DNA of 60,478 bases, the filler included, from Hausera hauseri (taxonomy: Eukaryota), in assembly GCA_046269625.1 (NCBI GenBank). It is 10 parts of 10 records of this genome, joined end to end, with 100 filler letters (N's around TTAATTAATTAA, not from the genome) between each part and the next. Parts side by side here need not be neighbours in the genome. Positions count along the whole stretch, not along the records: positions 55,209 to 60,478 come from JBJURY010294724.1; 9 more parts are not named here. The stretch is one strand, 5' to 3'. The notes beneath the pieces are model-generated. The model ran no database searches and was not told the origin of the DNA. It saw nothing but the letters and a program-made list of their open reading frames with translations. This document shows positions 57,412 to 60,478 of the stretch, in pieces (the first letter of the stretch is position 1; each line of letters begins with the position of its first letter). Both the position numbers and the translations under genes were made by a program.

Positions 57412-59697
57412 TATATAATGAAATTCATGAACCGCTAGTATTTTTCTCGCGAAAATTCACAGCACCAGAACAGCAGTACTCCACTTTTGATCTTGAATTA
57501 CTATACATAGTTCTGGCAGTAAAACATCTCAAGCATCTCTTTCTCTGTTGTCAATTTGTCATCCAAACCGACCATAAACCTCTTTTTCATAACCGGTTGC
57601 TAAAACAACCATCACTGAGGCAAGAATGGCAGATATCCTACCTGACTACATTCAGTTTTGTTATAAAATGCATTTCATGTACTGACAATTGGGTCGCGAA
57701 TTTTTTGTTCCGGTCAGTCAGCTCAATTACAGTTGATCCAATATTTTCTTCCGAGATCTTAACAATCAATCAGCCATCCACTGATATTTTTAATTCTTTC
57801 AAATTTTTTGAAATTATTGGTGGCATTGCATATGACACATCAAATTCCGCAAATAAAAAATTATTTACGCTCTTTCTTTTCAAAAGTCATCTTTCCTTCA
57901 TACTCATTCATTTCATGATCCGGGCTCGAAAGCTACGTTTCGCTTGTTCCAACTCCAAGTTATGGGGCCATCCATGCGCACAGATGTACAGGCCTGGATT
58001 AAGGAATGCGTAACCTGTCAGAAATACAAAATCACCGAATACCTTAATCCGCCACATCATTTTCCCTGTAAACCACGCTTCTATACTGTGCATCTAGATA
58101 TTGTTAGCCAGTTACCATCTAACAACGGGCTTCAATTCATCCTAACCATAGTGAATCGCGCTTCTTACTGGCCTGAAGCTGTTCCATTTCGATCGACCAA
58201 CACTGATTCAGTAGCCAATGCCTTCATAAAATTCTGGATCAGAAGCTTTGGCTGTCCAAGTCATATTATAACGAATAAGGTCCGCAATTCGAAAGTGATC
58301 TTTTCAAATCTCTTGTCAAGCGCTTGGGAATATCCCATTTCCATTCAATACAGTGCCATCCCCAAGCAAATGGCCTCCTTAAAAGATTTCATCGTACAGT
58401 GAAAATCTCTAAAGATTCTAACAGACAAACATCACAACCGGACATCCATCCTACTTTTGTCCTACTCTGCTGGCGCAATACGCTCTTTACCAACACGGGA
58501 TGTTCCCCGGCTGAGGCTCTCTGAAACTCCAATACGGACCCTATACGGCTTTCTGACGTCTACGACAATCCGAGAGACGAAAACATTTACGCGGCAGTCG
58601 CATTTCGTTGAGGTCAATTTAGATTCATTCTACCGCCTCATAAATAATAAAAGTTCATACCTTCCGGAGAATTTGTACTCCGTCAAGTTCGTATGGCTAA
58701 AAGATCAATCGCCCTCTGGTTTTCGACTTCAGTACATCGGTTCTTATAAACTTCTTAACCTGTCGGCTTACGCGCCCATCATCTTGCACAAGGACAAACC
58801 CACAACGTCCACATCTCAAATCTTAAACCTGCTTTCTTCGTAGATGCTAATCCGGACCTATATACTTCTTCTTCTACTACTTCCTCCTTCAATCCATCTT
58901 TTAATTTTCTCAATGATTTTGCTCCGTTGCAACATTCATTCTTGCTTCACAGTCAACTACTTTCACTTCCTTCAACACCTGCTCTGCGTTCCTTGCCTTC
59001 ATTGATCTATTCGCCTCCACTGTTACCGTCACCTCCATTGCTGTCTTAGCCTTCATCGTCTGCTTCACTCCCATCTCTTACTTTTCCTTCGTTTGACTTA
59101 TTTCCTTTCTCACCTTCAATGTCTTTAACACAAGCAACACCGGACAATAAACCAAAAAGTCTTACACACGTTCAACCCCAAACTACCACTCTGCAGTGGC
59201 ACACAGCAACGAAACAAAGCACGCAGTGACATTTAGCACCTTTAGTAAAGAAAAATCCGTAAACAGCATACAACTCCTCATACATACCAAAACCGAATAG
59301 ACACCAAGAAGTTTTCCTGTTTACGTTTTGTTTCCTTCTATTTTGCTTTATAGTTCCTACTTTTCCACGGGGATAGTACTTCGGCAGTCGCGGACGCAAC
59401 CATTTTTTAGCCAAAACGCCAACAGCTGAATTTCGTTCGGCCCGGTTCTGGCTGCGAGTTCTGCTTTCGCCCTTCGGCTCATGTTCACTAGCTTTCAAAT
59501 GACTAATCACCGCTTCTGCAGCAATGAAACAACATTTGAAATATCTAACCTCATGTTCAAACCTTCGTCCAAATTACTATCACCCATTTCATTATCATCG
59601 TCGGTATCTTCAACACAATTCTCAATTTCCTTAAGAACTTCGTATTTCCGAGTTTTTTTTAAATATCTCTTTTTTGCAGCAATTTATATAAAACAGC

Positions 59698-60042
59698 TGT
59701 AGTGCCGCAGTCGCGGGCACAGCCCCATTCCTGGGCGGACAGTCGGCGTTGAATACTCTTAGGTTGGCTGGTGTCTCGATCGTGTCTCTGTACCTCAGTC
59801 TCTGTTTTCTAGAGCTCGAGCAGTCAAACCGTCACAGTGACCAATGCCGCAGGCCAGAACAACGGAACAAAAAATCAAACAATTTTCTTCTGTCTTCTCG
59901 ACCAATAAATTCGCCGAAAATCACCTTCAAGCTAGCATAAATCATCATTTCGTTTTGCCCTTCTTATTAAACGCGTTTGGCACCGCCTCATTTGCTGCAT
60001 GGATCTCACATTGCTGTTATTCAATAACTTGTAGATACTACA
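59698..60042 (+). repeat. LTR-like unit of the resident gypsy family
   Basis: TGTAGT...ACTACA termini, internal AATAAA; start TGTAGTGCCGCAGTCGCGG resembles 5223 TGTAATGCCGCGGTTACGG; no clear TSD. Confidence 0.5.
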
Positions 60043-60478
60043 ATCCCCAATTAGTCATGGATATAAGTAACGTGCTACTGCAAGTATAAGTATCATTTTT
60101 CTGTAATGCCAAAAGATCAACGAACAAGTGCTGTGGATTTTGTTTATCTAATTTAGCTGATGCACTTTCTGAAATTCACTAATTTGTCCAGGATCAAATT
60201 TCCCGATATCCACTTTGCAGAGCACGAAAAATTTTCAAAAGTCGCCAAAATTACCCAACGATGCAGAACTACCGGAGTTCTTGCTACATAAATTTTTTTG
60301 TCAGCATTTTATTCCGTTTTTTTTTGAAATTTTTTATTTTATTATTCAGCATTATATTCTGAGTGAGTTGTCTGAAGGCTGGTTCTATGGTGTTTCGGTA
60401 AACTCTTGTTTTTGCCTGCACCTTCATCAATTTCAGAATTATACATTTTATTAAATAAATATAAGGTACAAATAATGA

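Larger units (their letters stand above)
55209..59450 (+). mobile_element. Degenerate Ty3/gypsy pol (RT, RNase H, integrase) and 3' UTR, interrupted by a DNA transposon
   Basis: RPCGDYRQLN, YIDDILIA, KCTFFQKRINFLGH, GAVLHQ | PLVFFSRKF..YSTFDLELL, TDHKPL, CVTCQKYK, VHLDIVSQLP, HPQANGLLKRFHR. Confidence 0.9.

Overview
This is not one locus. It is ten unrelated eukaryotic contigs joined by nine artificial 100-nt linkers (44N-TTAATTAATTAA-44N): A 1-5464, B 5565-10124, C 10225-15468, D 15569-19679, E 19780-26964, F 27065-32024, G 32125-36491, H 36592-47591, I 47692-55108, J 55209-60478. Adjacency is meaningful only within a contig. The DNA is AT-rich and animal-like, with very short (39-44 nt) GT-AG introns, which suggests (inference only) a compact-genome metazoan. 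Most of it is decayed mobile DNA: one Ty3/gypsy family (contigs A, C, E, H, J), Polinton/adintovirus-type protein-primed PolB elements (B, D, I), a maT-like Tc1/mariner nested in a gypsy RNase H (J), a SINE-like head and repeats (G). Four things stand out. (1) Contig I is a compact virus-like cassette with a pPolB fragment convergent on an intact, intron-containing CRESS-type HUH/SF3 Rep, plus RING, coiled-coil and glycoprotein genes and three long hairpins. (2) Contig H has an intronless 2099-aa ORF fusing pieces of BIRC6, BLM/RecQ, INTS3 and ZFYVE26 in frame, next to a gypsy element. (3) Contig F has a gypsy-type element whose chuvirus/gB-like envelope lies upstream of, and in frame with, protease-RT-RNase H. 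(4) Contig C has a TRAF gene running into a gag fragment between perfect 57-bp direct repeats. All homology calls come from motif recognition by eye; no searches were run.
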